Positions 12,291 through 26,639 of a DNA stretch of 64,000 nt are shown in pieces. The DNA comes from Octopus sinensis (Eukaryota): positions 58,528,001 to 58,592,000 of the forward strand of contig NC_043009.1 of the NCBI RefSeq assembly GCF_006345805.1. Reading direction: 5' to 3'. Under the pieces are notes generated by a model. That model worked only from the letters and a program-made list of their open reading frames with translations, made no database searches and had not been told where the DNA came from. Within the stretch, counting starts at the first letter, position 1; every line of letters starts with the position of its first letter. The position numbers were made by a program, and so were the translations under genes.

Positions 12291-12342
<52 letters not shown>

Positions 12343-12361
12343 ATATATACATATATATACA

Positions 12362-12392
<31 letters not shown>

Positions 12393-12569
12393 ATTCAAGT
12401 GTACTTCGACGTAACGATATTTATATATTTCTGGAGCAATTAGTATTCGTTTTCACATTAATCTCCCATATTCCTTCGCGTTAGGAATTCTACAACCACA
12501 TCCAACAATACGCTACAATAGAAAGTTTGAGCTACATCATTGAATGACAACGCAGAGTACGTTATGAGG

Positions 12570-12900
12570 TTTGTTACTCTCCTATATACTCATATTTCTA
12601 CCTAGCTAGCATCCCGTTTGCCTGATGTTCCACAAAGAATACAATTTCTCCCATCAAATGCTCATTGCGTGCTCATTGAAATGTGTGCTTCTCCAAGTTA
12701 TGATGTTACACGTTTTACAGAAACTCCCCTTGCACATAACAGATACTATTTCACAATACTTCCGGCACAAAATGACAAATAATAAATTCCCTGTTAAGAG
12801 ATCAGAAAATATTCCAACTCTGCTCTTCAGGGTAGTTCCACACCCTATAAAAGAACCAGTTATTAATACTTTTTCAATGGTACTCACTCTACACACTTAT
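12570..12900 (-). mobile_element. Penelope GIY-YIG endonuclease remnant
   Basis: CKGSFCKTCNII followed, after frameshifts, by YEYIGE, matching the PLE C..C linker plus YIG motif. Confidence 0.5.
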
Positions 12901-13432
12901 GTACACATAATATCTTAAAAAAGCTACCAGGCGGTGGAATCTCTGACCTCATTCAACAATCCTATGACCAAATTCTCATCTCTCTCACTTAACTACTACT
13001 ACTACTACTACTGCTAGTACTACTACTTCTACTACTACTTCTACTACTAATACTACTAGTACTACTACTACTAATACAACCACCACCACCACCACCACTA
13101 CTACCACTACTCCTCCTCCTCCTTCTACTACTACTTTTTACCGAATTATTTTCCTCGTTTTACCTTACTAAAAATGGTATATCTTCTACCTAGATTAGAC
13201 GACGCCGTTTGACTTATTCACGAATAAGTTCACAATCTATGATTGGATTCTAAATACTCTCCTTTTTCTTTTTGCTTCCTTACGATGGTAACGTTGCTTC
13301 TGCCAGGACTGTAGTATATGTATAATTCCTGCTGTAATATTAGATTATTTTCGATTATCTTCCAATAATAAGTGTTTTTAATATATTCCGAATGCCTCAA
13401 TATAAAGGAGAGGTTTTAGTAAATTCCATGAC

Positions 13433-13849
13433 TCTCTTACTCTTTTACTCTTTTACTTGTTTCAGTCATTTGACTGTGGCCATGCTGGAGCACCGCCTTT
13501 AGTCGAGGAGATCGGCCCCAGGACTTATTCTTTGTAAGCCTAGTACTTATTTTATCGTTCACTTTTGTCGAACAGCTAGGTGACGGGGACGTAAACACAG
13601 CAGCATCGGTTGTTAAGCGATGTTGTGGGAACAAAGACAGACACACAAACACACACACACATATATACATGCATATATATATATATATGACGAGCTTCTT
13701 TCAGTTTCCGTCTACCAAATCTACTCACAAAGCTTTGGCCGGCCCGAGGCTATAGTGGAAGACACTTGCCCAAGGTGCCACGCAGTGGGACTGAACCCGG
13801 AACCATGTGGTTGGTAAGCAAGCTACTTACCACACAGTCACTCCTACGC
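13433..13849 (-). mobile_element. SINE family A, full length
   Basis: Reverse-complement match along the whole consensus. Confidence 0.92.
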
Positions 13850-15654
13850 TTATGAATAGCAATTCCTAGTACTTTATCATATGAATGGTGCTCTACATTT
13901 TCGACAGCCAGAGATTGAATGATAAAAATATTTAGAAGATACAAACTAACATTTAGGAAAATTACCATACTATTTTTGTCCGAAACTAACGATTTCTGCC
14001 GAAGTGTCGCTTGTAAATCCAGCTTATGGCAAATTGTACACATTCATTCATATACGCAAATAGAAACACACGTATGACCACATACACAGGTACACAAGCA
14101 CACACATACCTACGCCCATACAATTACAGGGTTCAAACTGTCCCTTTCTACCATATTCCTTCACAGAGCATTAATCTCTCTAGGATTCGCCCAATGAAAT
14201 TGAAACAGTAACCCACACTCGTGCCTGCGCTGACAAATAATTGCGACCATTTTACGCTAATGTTAGTGTTGAGCTCTTATAGATCTTGACTGGGTTAGAA
14301 GCAAACATGGTATGTAATGATAACATTGATATTTTTAATGTTTTCATTGTATGCCTTTATGGTATATTTTCCTTCTTCGCTCCATAAAAGTCGCGCCATT
14401 GATAACTTAAGTGTTTCTCCGCCCATTAACCTTTTTCATAGCAATCCGCCTGGGACTGCCTCTCTCTGTATGTTACAAAAAGTGATTTTTCACTGTGAGA
14501 TCTAAACTCCCACCATTGTAATTTTATATAAAACCCTTTTGTGAAGTTATATTCCAAACGCTAGCTTAATAATGACCAATATATTTAACTAAATCCCTCT
14601 TTCATTGTTTTCATGTGAATTGAACTACATCGACAGAAATTTAGATCAAAATGGGTTAAAGTTTTCTGATGTTACCTCTGTTCTGACTTTTAGGGGTCAT
14701 CTATTTCTTTCCTTTATAAAACGTTCCTCATTAGGAATAAGGCTCTCGGCGTCGATTGGGATCCAGTCGGTGAACATATTCCGCTAATATACATATTGTA
14801 AATATAGTTAAACGATGAGGTTAATAAAACGGAAAATTACATTTATTGCCTCAAAGCCCCATTTCGTTTATTTCTCGTTTTTGTTCTTTCTTTGTATATT
14901 TCTCTAGTTTCAATCAGTTAACTATGCCCATCCTGGGACTTTCCAGTCTATGATCCAGCAGATTACATTGATCTCTGTTTCGTATTCTAACGACTTCGGA
15001 GAGATGAAAGATAAACAAAGACGATCTGTTTATGGATTCTCAATATACCATGAACGAAGACCTTTGTATTATTATAAAATAGACTTATTTATCCCGCTCT
15101 TTCTCAATGAAATAATGCAGCGTAGTGACGCAAGGAAAACATTCCCAGTAGGCTTTACGCCTTACGATCAATGACTTAGCGTTTGCACACACCTTTTACA
15201 TTCAGCTATTTCATTTCGTAACAGCTAAATACAATAAAGAGTTATATAATGTCATATAATACCACTGTAGCCTTTTTCTATTTAATCTGTTCTTTGTGCA
15301 TTTTATGCAATCGAAGTATCTTATGACCTTATAACAATGTGGAAGCTAAAGCATGGCATAATTCCAAAAGCTATGGCGTGGTATTACATCAACAGTTATA
15401 ACATGGCATGACTACCACAAAGATCGTATAGCTATACATCAAAGATATAACATGCTATTCTATTAGCTATGTCAAAGCGGACAGACAGTGGCTGCAACAA
15501 GAGACTTCTTAATTGGATCCCACCAAAATCAAATTTATTGAAATTGCCTATTTCTCTCGTTTCTTTGTTCCACTCTTTCATTCGATCTCTCTCTCTCTGT
15601 TTCCTTCATTTATTCCCGTATATGTGTGTACGTGTATGTGCACATTATTGGTTT

Positions 15655-15658
15655 TATT

Positions 15659-15690
<32 letters not shown>

Positions 15691-15695
15691 TATTA

Positions 15696-15745
<50 letters not shown>

Positions 15746-15851
15746 GTTATTATTATTATAGTTATTGTTCTTATTTTTTCATCAACTTGCTGATCATCAA
15801 TGTTTTTGTGCATGTATGAATGTATGTTTTTATGTATGTATTTATCTATCC

Positions 15852-15922
<71 letters not shown>

Positions 15923-15951
15923 CATCTATTTATCTATCTATCTATCTATCC

Positions 15952-16008
<57 letters not shown>

Positions 16009-16062
16009 CATATATATATATCTATCTATCTATCTAACTATCTATCTATCTATCTATCTATT

Positions 16063-16130
<68 letters not shown>

Positions 16131-16140
16131 CATCTATCTT
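15655..16140. repeat. (CAT)n(TAT)n run and a ~300-bp (ATCT)n array
   Basis: Direct. Confidence 0.95.
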
Positions 16141-16537
16141 TTTTTTTTTTTTTTAACCCCCCTTATTTTGTCCTCTTTCTCTCCTTTTACGATCCCTTTT
16201 GATCGAACCTCCCCTTCCTTTTTTTTTTTTTTTTTTTTTAATACCTTCAAAAGAAAAGCTCTACCTTGTAATTTGTTCTATCTGTGTGCAGCCCTGTGTG
16301 GCTAATAAAGAAACATATCTATCAATCTATCTCTCTATATATCTATCTATCTATCAATCTATCTATCTATCTGTTTGTCTGTCTGTCTACCTGTCTATCT
16401 ACCTATCTGTATGTCTGTATATCTATGTATCTATCTATACACACACACACATATACATATATATAATATATATACATACACACACACACATATATATATA
16501 TATACCCACAAATATATATACATACTCATATATGTAT

Positions 16538-16589
<52 letters not shown>

Positions 16590-16964
16590 GAGATTGAGTA
16601 GTAGCAACAGAAAAAACATACAAAAATACAAAAGGAGAAAACGAGTTAACTTCGCAATCAAAATTATTAGCTTAATGCCCACAGAGTTCATTATGTATGT
16701 CTATGAACGTGCGTCTGTGTATGTATGTGTATGTGTGTGTATATGTGTTTATGTATGTGTTCACATGTGTATACGTGCTTGCATATATATATATGTAAGT
16801 ATAAATTACAAAACCTCAAAAACGATACAGAACACCGCCGGCCACAAAGGCACACACACACAATTGTGAAACGAAAATTCTCTATAAACATAGACATCTA
16901 AATTATTATGAACACTGCTGCAGCTGCTGCTATTACAACTACTATTGATAATAATCCTTTTTAG

Positions 16965-17123
16965 TATAGGCACAACGCCTAGAATTTGGGGACAGGCCCC
17001 TAGTCGATTACATCGATCTCCGAAACGATGATAGGCAACGTCGAACCTGGCGGCATTTGAACTCAGATCTTAAGGGGGAGTGGGCGAAATGCTGCTCCCC
17101 GGCTTGGTAACGGTTCTGCCATG

Positions 17124-17166
<43 letters not shown>

Positions 17167-17447
17167 TAATACTAATAACAATAATAATAATAATAACAAT
17201 AATAACAATAATAACAATAATAATAATAATAATAAATAATAATAATAATAATAATAATAATATAATAATAATAACAACAACAACAACAACAACAACACCA
17301 ATAACAATAATAGCAATGCATTTCAAATTTTGGGATTAAGCCTGAAATTTTGTTGGAGGGGGCTAGTCGCTTACATTGATCCCCGTACTCAACTGGTACT
17401 TATTTCATCGACCCCCGAAAGTATGAAAGGCGAAGTGGACCTCGGCG

Positions 17448-17450
<3 letters not shown>
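16965..17450 (-). mobile_element. Two diverged SINE family B fragments separated by an AAT/AAC array
   Basis: gtcgattacatcga, tttgaactcag, aactggtacttatttcatcgacccc, gacctcggcggaat. Confidence 0.7.
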
Positions 17451-17502
<52 letters not shown>

Positions 17503-17618
17503 AATAAAAGTTTCATTTATTTGCCACAAGGGAGAAAAATGAGGGGACAATACAGTGACAGCTATAAAGTGTGGGTTTACATATAATAATGAAATGATAA
17601 AAAAATAAAGTATATACG

Positions 17619-17666
17619 GTTTACACTTAGCAGTGTTTACACTTAGCAGTGTTTACACTTAGCAGT
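17619..17666. repeat. 16-bp tandem repeat x3 (GTTTACACTTAGCAGT)
   Basis: Three exact adjacent copies. Confidence 0.95.
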
Positions 17667-17822
17667 TAGAAGTAAAAAGAAAAGTGGGGGCGGATGATAG
17701 AGATATGGCCTTCCAGGAACAGGAATGCATCGAGGGGTGATTGAGGAACCCCATGGCATAACTGTGAGTTTCTCTGCCCCACGAATGAAAGGAATGAAAA
17801 CGGAACTGAAAGAAAAAAAATC

Positions 17823-17865
<43 letters not shown>

Positions 17866-18049
17866 ATGAAATAACCCGGAAATGAAAAATGAAGAAGGTG
17901 AAGAGGTTGCCAAACATTGTTAAGTCCACTGGAAAGAATATAAAGGAATTCGGAGCCATCTCTAAACTGGGCACTGCATTTAATGTGCAGTGATCCTTTG
18001 ATTATTAACAATTTCTTGGTGTTTTCTTATTTTTGTTCCCACCCGCTTC

Positions 18050-19900
18050 TGCATCACCATAATATTTCTTTTGCCCTCTTTTCTCCGTCCAAGAGCTTCG
18101 AGACTCAGGTAGACTAAAGTGAGCACCAATTAGTGAATTGCATCCTACCTCTAACTTACTGGTTTCAACCTATTCCATAGTCGTTGCTTTTGTTATTACT
18201 AAACTCGATACTACTCTATATTTTCTAAACTATCTCCCATCTTCATAAGAGAACAATTTATAGTTATCCTTTCTCTTTCTGATTAAATTTCTTGGAGCAG
18301 TAGTTACACTCTTTTGTGACTAACGGCTTTCACACTGTTGGTTTGTCCTGGATTCAGCAATGTCTCGCAAAACTACTTAAAGAATTCCTGTAATTGATAT
18401 TGATTCTTTTAAATTAAAGCATTTAAATTAGTTAACATTTGCACATCTTTCTTGTCTGTCAAATTTTTATTTTGTTCCAATAATTTTAAAATTCTCATGT
18501 TTTTCTTTTTGTTTTCCAATCTTTGATCTTTCACTGTTTCTGAAAAAAAATTAGGATCGTATGCACAAGAACTCCATTGTACCTCTGGTAAATACCTCCT
18601 CCTGCTATTTCAAATGTGGTCATATTAAACTAATGATATACAATGCATATCAATCTGTTGCTGTCGATTATCATATTTACCGCTGCCTAACAAATTTGCT
18701 TATCCGATATATCTGGCTGCCTTTGTTTCTACTGCAATAGTAATTGCTGTATCTGATTGTTACTCGTGGTATTAGCCTTCTTAGTGTTGCTGTTGTTGCT
18801 TCTGTTGTTACTGTTATAATTGCGGTTGTAGTTATTATTTTAGTTATTTTTGTGGCTGTGATGGGACCGAGTTTCTGTTACCCGTTTTTGAGGTCAATAT
18901 TTTCTCTGTTTCTACTGCCACATATGAGAAAACACAGTATTGCACTTTTCACCATGATGCTCAGAGTTGGTTTCCGTCAGAAGCTATTACTTCAAACACG
19001 TTGTGCTATTTATCAGTGTGTACTCGGATAAATACACGCAATCCAGTTGCAGACTAATACTTCTTGTGCTGCTCCTTCAAGTCTATAATGTATCCTCTTC
19101 ATATAGAACAACACATGACACCTCTCAAGAAACGTTCATTTCCTACGGCACATTCAAAAGCCTCTCTTCCAAAAGTTATAGAAGGATGAATATGAATCCA
19201 AAACTCCTGTAAGGGACAGTAGAATGCTTCTATTTGAGAACTTCCCAAAGGAATCTTTCATATACAATCCTACGTATAATGTTTGGTGTGGAGATATTTA
19301 GAGACGAAACGGTGTCAAAGCGTAACCTTCTCAACAATTTCTCCATCTTAGCCTGTGTAGCCCATTACACTTGTTGTATTTTTACCGGCACGTACCAGTT
19401 ACTTATCTGGCGGCCATTTTCTGCAAGCGAAAATATTTATGCAACCATTTTATCTTCTCTCTTTGGGCTACTATTTCGTGGGCTGCTCCTTGAAACACAT
19501 TTGTTCAAAATTGTTTCTTCTTTTTTTGTGACTACTGTAATTGAAGTGCTCTTGTTTTTGCTCTCATTTACGCTACAGTTGCTGCTGGTCGTAGATCTGA
19601 CGGTCACAGTGAATGTGATAACAGTTCTTGTAGTGACAGTGGTGATGAAAGACGTAAAAAAAAAATATTGATTTTCGAAGATGGTAAATGTTGCTGAAGC
19701 TGGAGAGGCTGTTAATCGATTCGATAGCATCGGGAATGGTGTGGTAGTCGTCACCGTTGCAGCGATAGAAACAATACTTACGTATTTTATCGTCGTAGTC
19801 TTTGTTATTTTTGTTCTCCCTTCATCTCTTTGGCGTTATTTTTGTTCTTATCATTATTGTTTTCACTACCGTTCTACTTTGAAACTGGCAGAAGCCGACA
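18050..19900 (-). mobile_element. Possible highly decayed retroelement remnant
   Basis: Strand-skewed composition; minus-strand ILCFLICGSR near 18930 resembles the knuckle-like motif near 7280; no intact ORF. Confidence 0.25.
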
Positions 19901-20026
19901 TACTTTTTTGTTAAAAATATAGAATTCTAAGTTTTTTAGTGTAACATGTCTCGTGATATTTGTCTTCGGTTTTGTTGCTTTCATTACTGTTGAAAATTGG
20001 AATGATGTTATGCTGATGGAGGTGAA

Positions 20027-20118
<92 letters not shown>

Positions 20119-20541
20119 CATTATGATTCCTATCGGTAGTAATGATGGTGTTCCTAATGCTAGCTCTATACCGAAAATATACGGTAAAGAATTCTTTATT
20201 GTTCTTATTTGTCTTGTACTCAGTAAATCATTTTAGAACATGTGCTTACTTCTTCACTACTGAAACCCATGCTGCTATATTTACGTCCCCACCACCCAAT
20301 TTCTCCCCTTCTTTAAAAGTCGAACTTGCTCACATTTACAATATAATATCCATTCCCGGTCGTAGACAAAGGTGAAATCATAATTATATCTAGTTTATTG
20401 AAAAAGATATCACAAGTTCTGAAAGTAAGAATAGAATTGAAAAGCTTTGATAAATCTCCAAAATTAAGGGGAAAATTGCGATAAACTATTGGGAAAGTTG
20501 TTTGTACAAATGTAGCCGAAGCTCGATGCTGATGTTGATAA

Positions 20542-21802
20542 TGATGCAGTACCAGGTAGTGGCTCGCATGGCTTCTGATCTTAACTGATTGGAAGTGTTA
20601 TCATATACATTGTTTTTTCTTGGTATAAAATATGGGCTACGGCAAATATTCTGCTTAATACCACAAAGTCCTGATGCAGTACCAGGCAGTGGCTCTCGTG
20701 GCTTCTGATCTTAACTGATTGGAACTGATACAATGTACGTTGTTTGTCTTGGTATAAAAGATGGGCTTACAGCAAATATTCTGCTCAATACCAGAGATTT
20801 GCTTCTGTTGTTTGACCTTAGCCAGTTGCCCATGTCCCCTGGTGGCTAACGATATGTGCATCTATGATCACGAGCAGAAGCAGTTGGGGAGTATCATAGC
20901 CATGTGTTGAGAGAAATTCTTTGGGTGGGGGGATAATTCACTTCTGAAAACATGGGTGTTTCGTTCAAAATCTTTAAATAACCCTTATTCGTGAACCTTT
21001 TGAGCTGGATGATTTAGTCGATCTGAACAAAATTCTAACTGGGTCTCATCTGCGATGTCATGTGCTGTCTATCTTGATATGAAATCACCATATCGTGCGC
21101 ATATGGTTTTGATGCATGTGCCTTGTGTACACTTATCGGACGGATAGACATGATGTGTGTATTGGGTTTCGTATATTTGTACCCCAGTGTCCCTTTGATG
21201 GCATGCACTGCTCTCTCACTCGATAATAATAATAAATGCCCTCATACAGCACCAGACATTGGCTCTAATGGCCTCTGGTCTTAACTGATTAGAAGTGTCA
21301 TCATGTACATATTTTGCATTGGTATAAATGATGGGAAGCACAAATATTCTGCTTAATACGACAGAATAGTTTATCACTTGCTTGGCCTTAACCAGTTGAA
21401 CGTGTCCCTTAGTGACTGAGGATAAGTGAATCTCTTATAGTGGGTTAGCATCATAGCTATGTGTTAAGATGAATTCTTGGGGTGGTTTGAATAAATCCCC
21501 TCTGGAAACATGGGTATTTCGTTCAACATACTTGAACAATCTCTATTCAGGGACATTTGAGCGGGATGAGCTGCTCGACTTGAAGAGAAATTCTAGCTCG
21601 TTCCCACTTGCAAATTCATGCGCTGTTTATCTTGATATGACATCACTATATTGCGCACATATGGTTATGATGCATGTGTACAATTATCAGACGAGTAGTG
21701 TCTTAGTTTACACTTATCAGATGGGTAGACTTGATAGAGATATTGGGCCTCGTATATTTTACCCCAGTGTCACTTTGATGTCTTGCACTGCTCTCTCACC
21801 TA

Positions 21803-21803
<1 letters not shown>
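20542..21803 (+). mobile_element. Family C element: partial + full + full head-to-tail copies
   Basis: Units start at about 20542, 20671 and 21237; shared ggcttctgatcttaactgattggaag head and accccagtgtcactttgatg...ctctctcac end. Confidence 0.85.
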
Positions 21804-21863
<60 letters not shown>

Positions 21864-22369
21864 AATATTATTATTATTGTTGCTGTTGTTGTCGTTGCTG
21901 TTATTATTATTATTAAGACGAAGAGCGCGATCTGATTGTAAGATAATTTATTAGTTGAACGATATTTCAAGAGTACGTCTGTCTTTGTCAAGTTCAAAAT
22001 AAGAAGCGATAAAAGTTCAAAATTACAGAAATTTAAACGTTAATTATTAACGAGAGCAATCAGCGTACACATGTTGATGGAATGATATCATCAGTTTTCA
22101 TGTTACAATTTTATAACATGCGAAAAAAAAAGACAGAAAAAAAAACAGAAAAAAGAAGACGATAGGAAAAAGGAAAGAAAAAGAGAGAAAGAAGAATATT
22201 TAATCAAACAGTTTCGTATAAATTTGATGATATTCTCCTGTCATCTTATTCATTCCTCCAGGGCGTGATGTTAATAAATCGCAAACATATTTCTCCTCAT
22301 ACATTCTGAGATGTGAAAGTGAAGCAGATTCAGAATATTTTCTGAGAATATCCATAGGTCACTGCCCGT

Positions 22370-22440
22370 GGGCAAATGGCCTAGTGGTTAAGAGCACGTG
22401 CTACTAACACCGAGATTCCGAGTCTGATTCCATGCAGTGA
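22370..22440 (+). mobile_element. Isolated tRNA-like SINE head / tRNA pseudogene
   Basis: tggcctagtggttaag A-box, gtg-ctactaa-cac anticodon-like arm, degenerate B-box; followed by an AAT array. Confidence 0.5.
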
Positions 22441-22532
22441 CATGAATAATGATAATAATAATAATCATAATAATACAAATAATAATAATATAATAATAAT
22501 AATAATATAATAATAATAATAATGATAATAAC

Positions 22533-22590
<58 letters not shown>

Positions 22591-23999
22591 GTCTTTTATA
22601 ATTTAGGCACAAAATCAGTATATTTGACGAAAGAAATTTAGTCGATTATATCAACATTGATAAAACAGTGGTACTTTACTTTCTTAACCTCCAAAGTGGA
22701 GGACATCAAGAGCTGAAATAAATAACAAGAAATAATTATATCTAAAAAAAAACCTAGAAATCGTTCGAACAAAAATAACATTGATATGTGAAGGATAAAT
22801 ACCTCGAGGAGGCAAGATTTAAAGCATTCAGACAAACACATGAGAAATATAAACACAAGATGAAGAAAATAGGTCAAGAGGAACACAAAAATTCTCAAAC
22901 TTAATGAATTTTCCTCTTAAAAGAAGGAATAAGAAAGAGAATAAATATGTAGAGGCAATTGATAGCAATACTAAAGAAGAAAGGAAGATAATAACAAGCG
23001 ATTAAGAAATTATCTTTGACAGTTAATTTAAATACTTAAAGATAAAAGTGTAATGTAATTTGCTTGAAGCATTGCGTTTGTAATTTGTTTATGTATGGTT
23101 AAAAAGCTTTAACCAATGTAACTGAGAAAATAGGCAAAATATATAACGGGCCAATGAATAATAATTGTAAAGAGAATCTATTGTATTACTCTATATAGGT
23201 TGTTTAATGCTTCTTTTCATTTCGGGAATAATTCCACCTTCCCTTATATATAAGTGAAAATAAGGGAAAAATTCGGAGAAAAATGTTATTATACGCAGGT
23301 CATTGTTGTGATCTCTTAGGAATCAATATTTATTGGTGAAGAATAATTATAGCCATCTTTTCTTCTATAAGTTCCAATGAGCGTAACAGGAGTCGTTGCA
23401 GTATTCCAGCCATCATTCTTTAACATATTTATTCAAATTCATACCATTGACCTAATTATTTTATTTAGCTCATTATATATTTTATAATTATAGAAAAATA
23501 GCGCTGCTAGGCCTTGCACCCATATTTTTTAGAGTGATTATACAAATCTAAAACAAACAGCAAAACCCATAAAAAAAACATCATAATATGCTCATTAATA
23601 TTAATAATATGATAAAATATATAAATATGAAATGGGATGCCAGTTTCCTTGCACTGAGTCGACTGTCCACTAAGCTCTTTTTTTAATTAGATATGTTGTA
23701 ATTAGCCTAATTGCTAATTGCTGATTGCGTGTGCGATGATCGTTCGTTGCCGATTAGGGTTTGTTTGGCGTTCCCTCGAATTAATCTCGCAATATCAATG
23801 AATCATGTATGCATACGGCTGATTTCAAAAAACGCCAAGACAAAACCGCATACATACAAACTGCTAGACCGTACGTACGCATACGGATATACACACATGC
23901 ACGTGCTATATACATATATATGCGTTTGGGTGTGTGTGGGTGTGTGTGCATAGGTGCATATACATATCAATGTTCGCATGTATTTATGCATCTGTATAT

Positions 24000-24362
24000 G
24001 CAGGAGTGGCTGTGTGGTAAGTAGCTTGTTTACAAACCACATGGTTCCGGGTTCAGTCCCACTGCGTGGCAACTTGGGCAGGTGTTTCTACTATAGCCTC
24101 GGGTCGACCAAAGCCTTGTGAGTGGATTTGGTAGACGGAAATTGAAAGAAGCCCGTCGTATATATATGCATGTGTGTGTGTGTGTGTGTATGTTTCTGTG
24201 TCTGTGTTTACTTCCCCGTAACTTAGCGGTTCGACAAAATTGACGGATAGAATAAGTACTATGCTTACAAAGAATAAGTCCTGGGGTCGATTTACTCTAC
24301 TAAAGGCGGTGGTCCAGCATGGCCACAGTCAAATGACTGAAAGAAGGAAAAGAGTAAAGGAG
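24000..24362 (+). mobile_element. SINE family A, internal deletion
   Basis: Consensus head and tail; the cccc...tttacgt segment is shortened. Confidence 0.9.
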
Positions 24363-26097
24363 TATATGTATGTTTTATATGTGTATATGCAAAGATATAT
24401 ATATATACGCATAGACATACACACACATGTATGTATGCATATGTCGAGGCTTATAATACAATGTGATTATATTGTGGATATATACATCGGTGCGATTCTG
24501 TAATCTAAGCAGTAGGTTTATATATCGATTACTACTTCTCAATCGTTTTTTGCGGTTTTCCTTTCGTACTGGATTTCAGATGCAAAATTCCTGACACGAT
24601 TTGCTTTTGAATTTTCTTACAGGAATGTAAAAATAATATACATCCCAAAAGCTATTGCTGAACTTGTATTAATCATGCTTGTGTCACACGTAAACTTGAT
24701 GGCATTTTAGAATTTTTTTTAATAATAGAACTTATGTGCGATAAAGTGACTAATTTCTTTTTTAATATATTAAAACACTTGTCTTTTCTTCTTATATTTC
24801 GTTTGTGTTTGAGAATAAAATCTTAATTCACATAAACATGATGTTAGGAACTAAATCAACATTCACAAAAGCTTTTGAGCTGCTGAAAGGTATTCTTCTT
24901 TGATAAACCAATTCTTTTCAAGAGGCAGATCCTCTTGTTTGGCTTTAATCTAAGATCATTGCCGATAGAAGACAATTCTTTTTCGTCATATGATTTCAAA
25001 CAATACTTGCAATTTCTAAAACATTCTTTTGAATTTACTGACATTGTTATATGTTGAATTATGTAAAATAAAAGCTTGAGTATCGTCAAGAGTTGTCAAA
25101 GGTTCAACTATGACAAGAGGTAATTTATTTTTATACATATTTTATTTATTAAAGAAAACCTTTATGAATTTATATTTTCTAGCTTTTCCTACTTAAATTG
25201 CTCTTTGTATATAAAATAATATCAGTGTTTCTGTATATTCCAATATCTTTTTCCTTGTTACTTTGTATACAGCTGTTCAGGTTCTTTAGGTGTTGAATCA
25301 TATAGAATTCCATTTTAGGAAGATACAATTCATTTATGAAATGCAAGTAACGCATCCCAAGTTACATGAACGCAATATAGCGCTTATAGCTTGACATCCA
25401 ACTCGCTTCATCGGTAAAAGTTAAGCGCCTTCGCTCTCCGTTTACGTCAGAACAATTTTCTTAAGTAAATCTGAAACGGTTTGCTGTATAGAAAATTTAG
25501 CACTTCGATAATTTTATTTCAAAACTTGTTTCAGTTATGCCCTCCATTTAGAGACGTGTGAGTTTTCTAATCACATCAGAACTTTCCTATTTTACAAGTG
25601 CTATAAGATCTATAGTACACCCTACAATAGAAGGGGCAACATTAGTACAAATCTCTACACGAATTTCTTGCTGATTCCTATTTTAGGATGTGTTTGTTGA
25701 AAGTATGAAAAAATATCTTCCTCTTTCGTAACATCTAACATTACATTGCAATATAAAACTGCTTTATTCTTTCATCCCTATCAATAAAACGAATGTTAAA
25801 AGCTGCCTTGTGTTGATAATATCTGTTGATTCATCAAACATCAAAGCGAAATTTGAATGTTACAGCAGCATATAGTTCCTGAAAATCAGTGGATGATTCC
25901 AAACTGCATTCACCATTTTAGTGTGAAATTGTAGCTGTGTCTTGTTATATTGATCTGTTAGCATTTTATTTTAATTTCAGTGCATGTAGGCCAAGTATCT
26001 GACTTGGATTTTGGATAAAACAAATAAATATAAAACAATGCATTTACGAAACTGGTGGAGAACGAAGAGAGGCCAAACTAGGTATAGGAAACTAGGG

Positions 26098-26324
26098 CGG
26101 CGAGCTGGCAGAAACGTTAACACGCCGGGCGAAATGCTTAGCGGTATTTCGTCTTTCGTTACGTTCTGAGTTCAAATTCCGCCGAGGTCGACTTTGCCTT
26201 TCATCCTTTCGGGGTCGATAAATTAAGTACCAGTCACGCACTGGGGTCGATGTAATCGACTTAATACCTATGTCTGTCCTTGTTTGTCCCCTCTGTGTTT
26301 AGCCCCCTGTGGGGAATAAAGAAA
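26098..26324 (+). mobile_element. SINE family B, full length with 19-bp TSD
   Basis: TSD taggtataggaaactaggg at 26079-26097 and 26325-26343; B-box gagttcaaattcc; gcctttcatcctttcggggtcgataaattaagtaccag block resembling the Meta/MESC SINE domain (from recall). Confidence 0.95.
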
Positions 26325-26639
26325 TAGGTATAGGAAACTAGGGTTGAGTAAAAGAGAGAAATTAGAAGCAGAAATAAAGGTTATCGATGTGAGTGTGGAG
26401 CGACATGCTAGGGAGTAAATTTTATAATAGAAAACAGCATAAAGACTAGAAAACCAAGGTAACTTTAATTATTTGCTTGTGATAAATGTGCTAAAATTAT
26501 GAATTATGTTTTGCAAGATGTAGGTGCTTCAGTATAAATTTTCTAAGCCATTGAAGTACATCTATTAGCTTGTGCAGCAAATTTGTCTACCCGAGTATGG
26601 CAAAATTTGAGAACCGCCCCTAGAGACTGATAACCTTTC

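Noticed and set aside
14935-14944. Perfect NF-kB site GGGACTTTCC
   Set aside because: A single 10-mer without supporting context is compatible with chance
17643-17800. HGVPQSPL resembling the RT GVPQGS motif
   Set aside because: Isolated, with no flanking RT motifs
19437-19754. 105-aa Thr/Ser-rich minus-strand ORF
   Set aside because: Low complexity inside a skewed, decayed region; no splice support
24856-25089. ORF with CxxC (NCKYCLK)
   Set aside because: No second zinc-ligand pair; AT-rich; cannot be assigned
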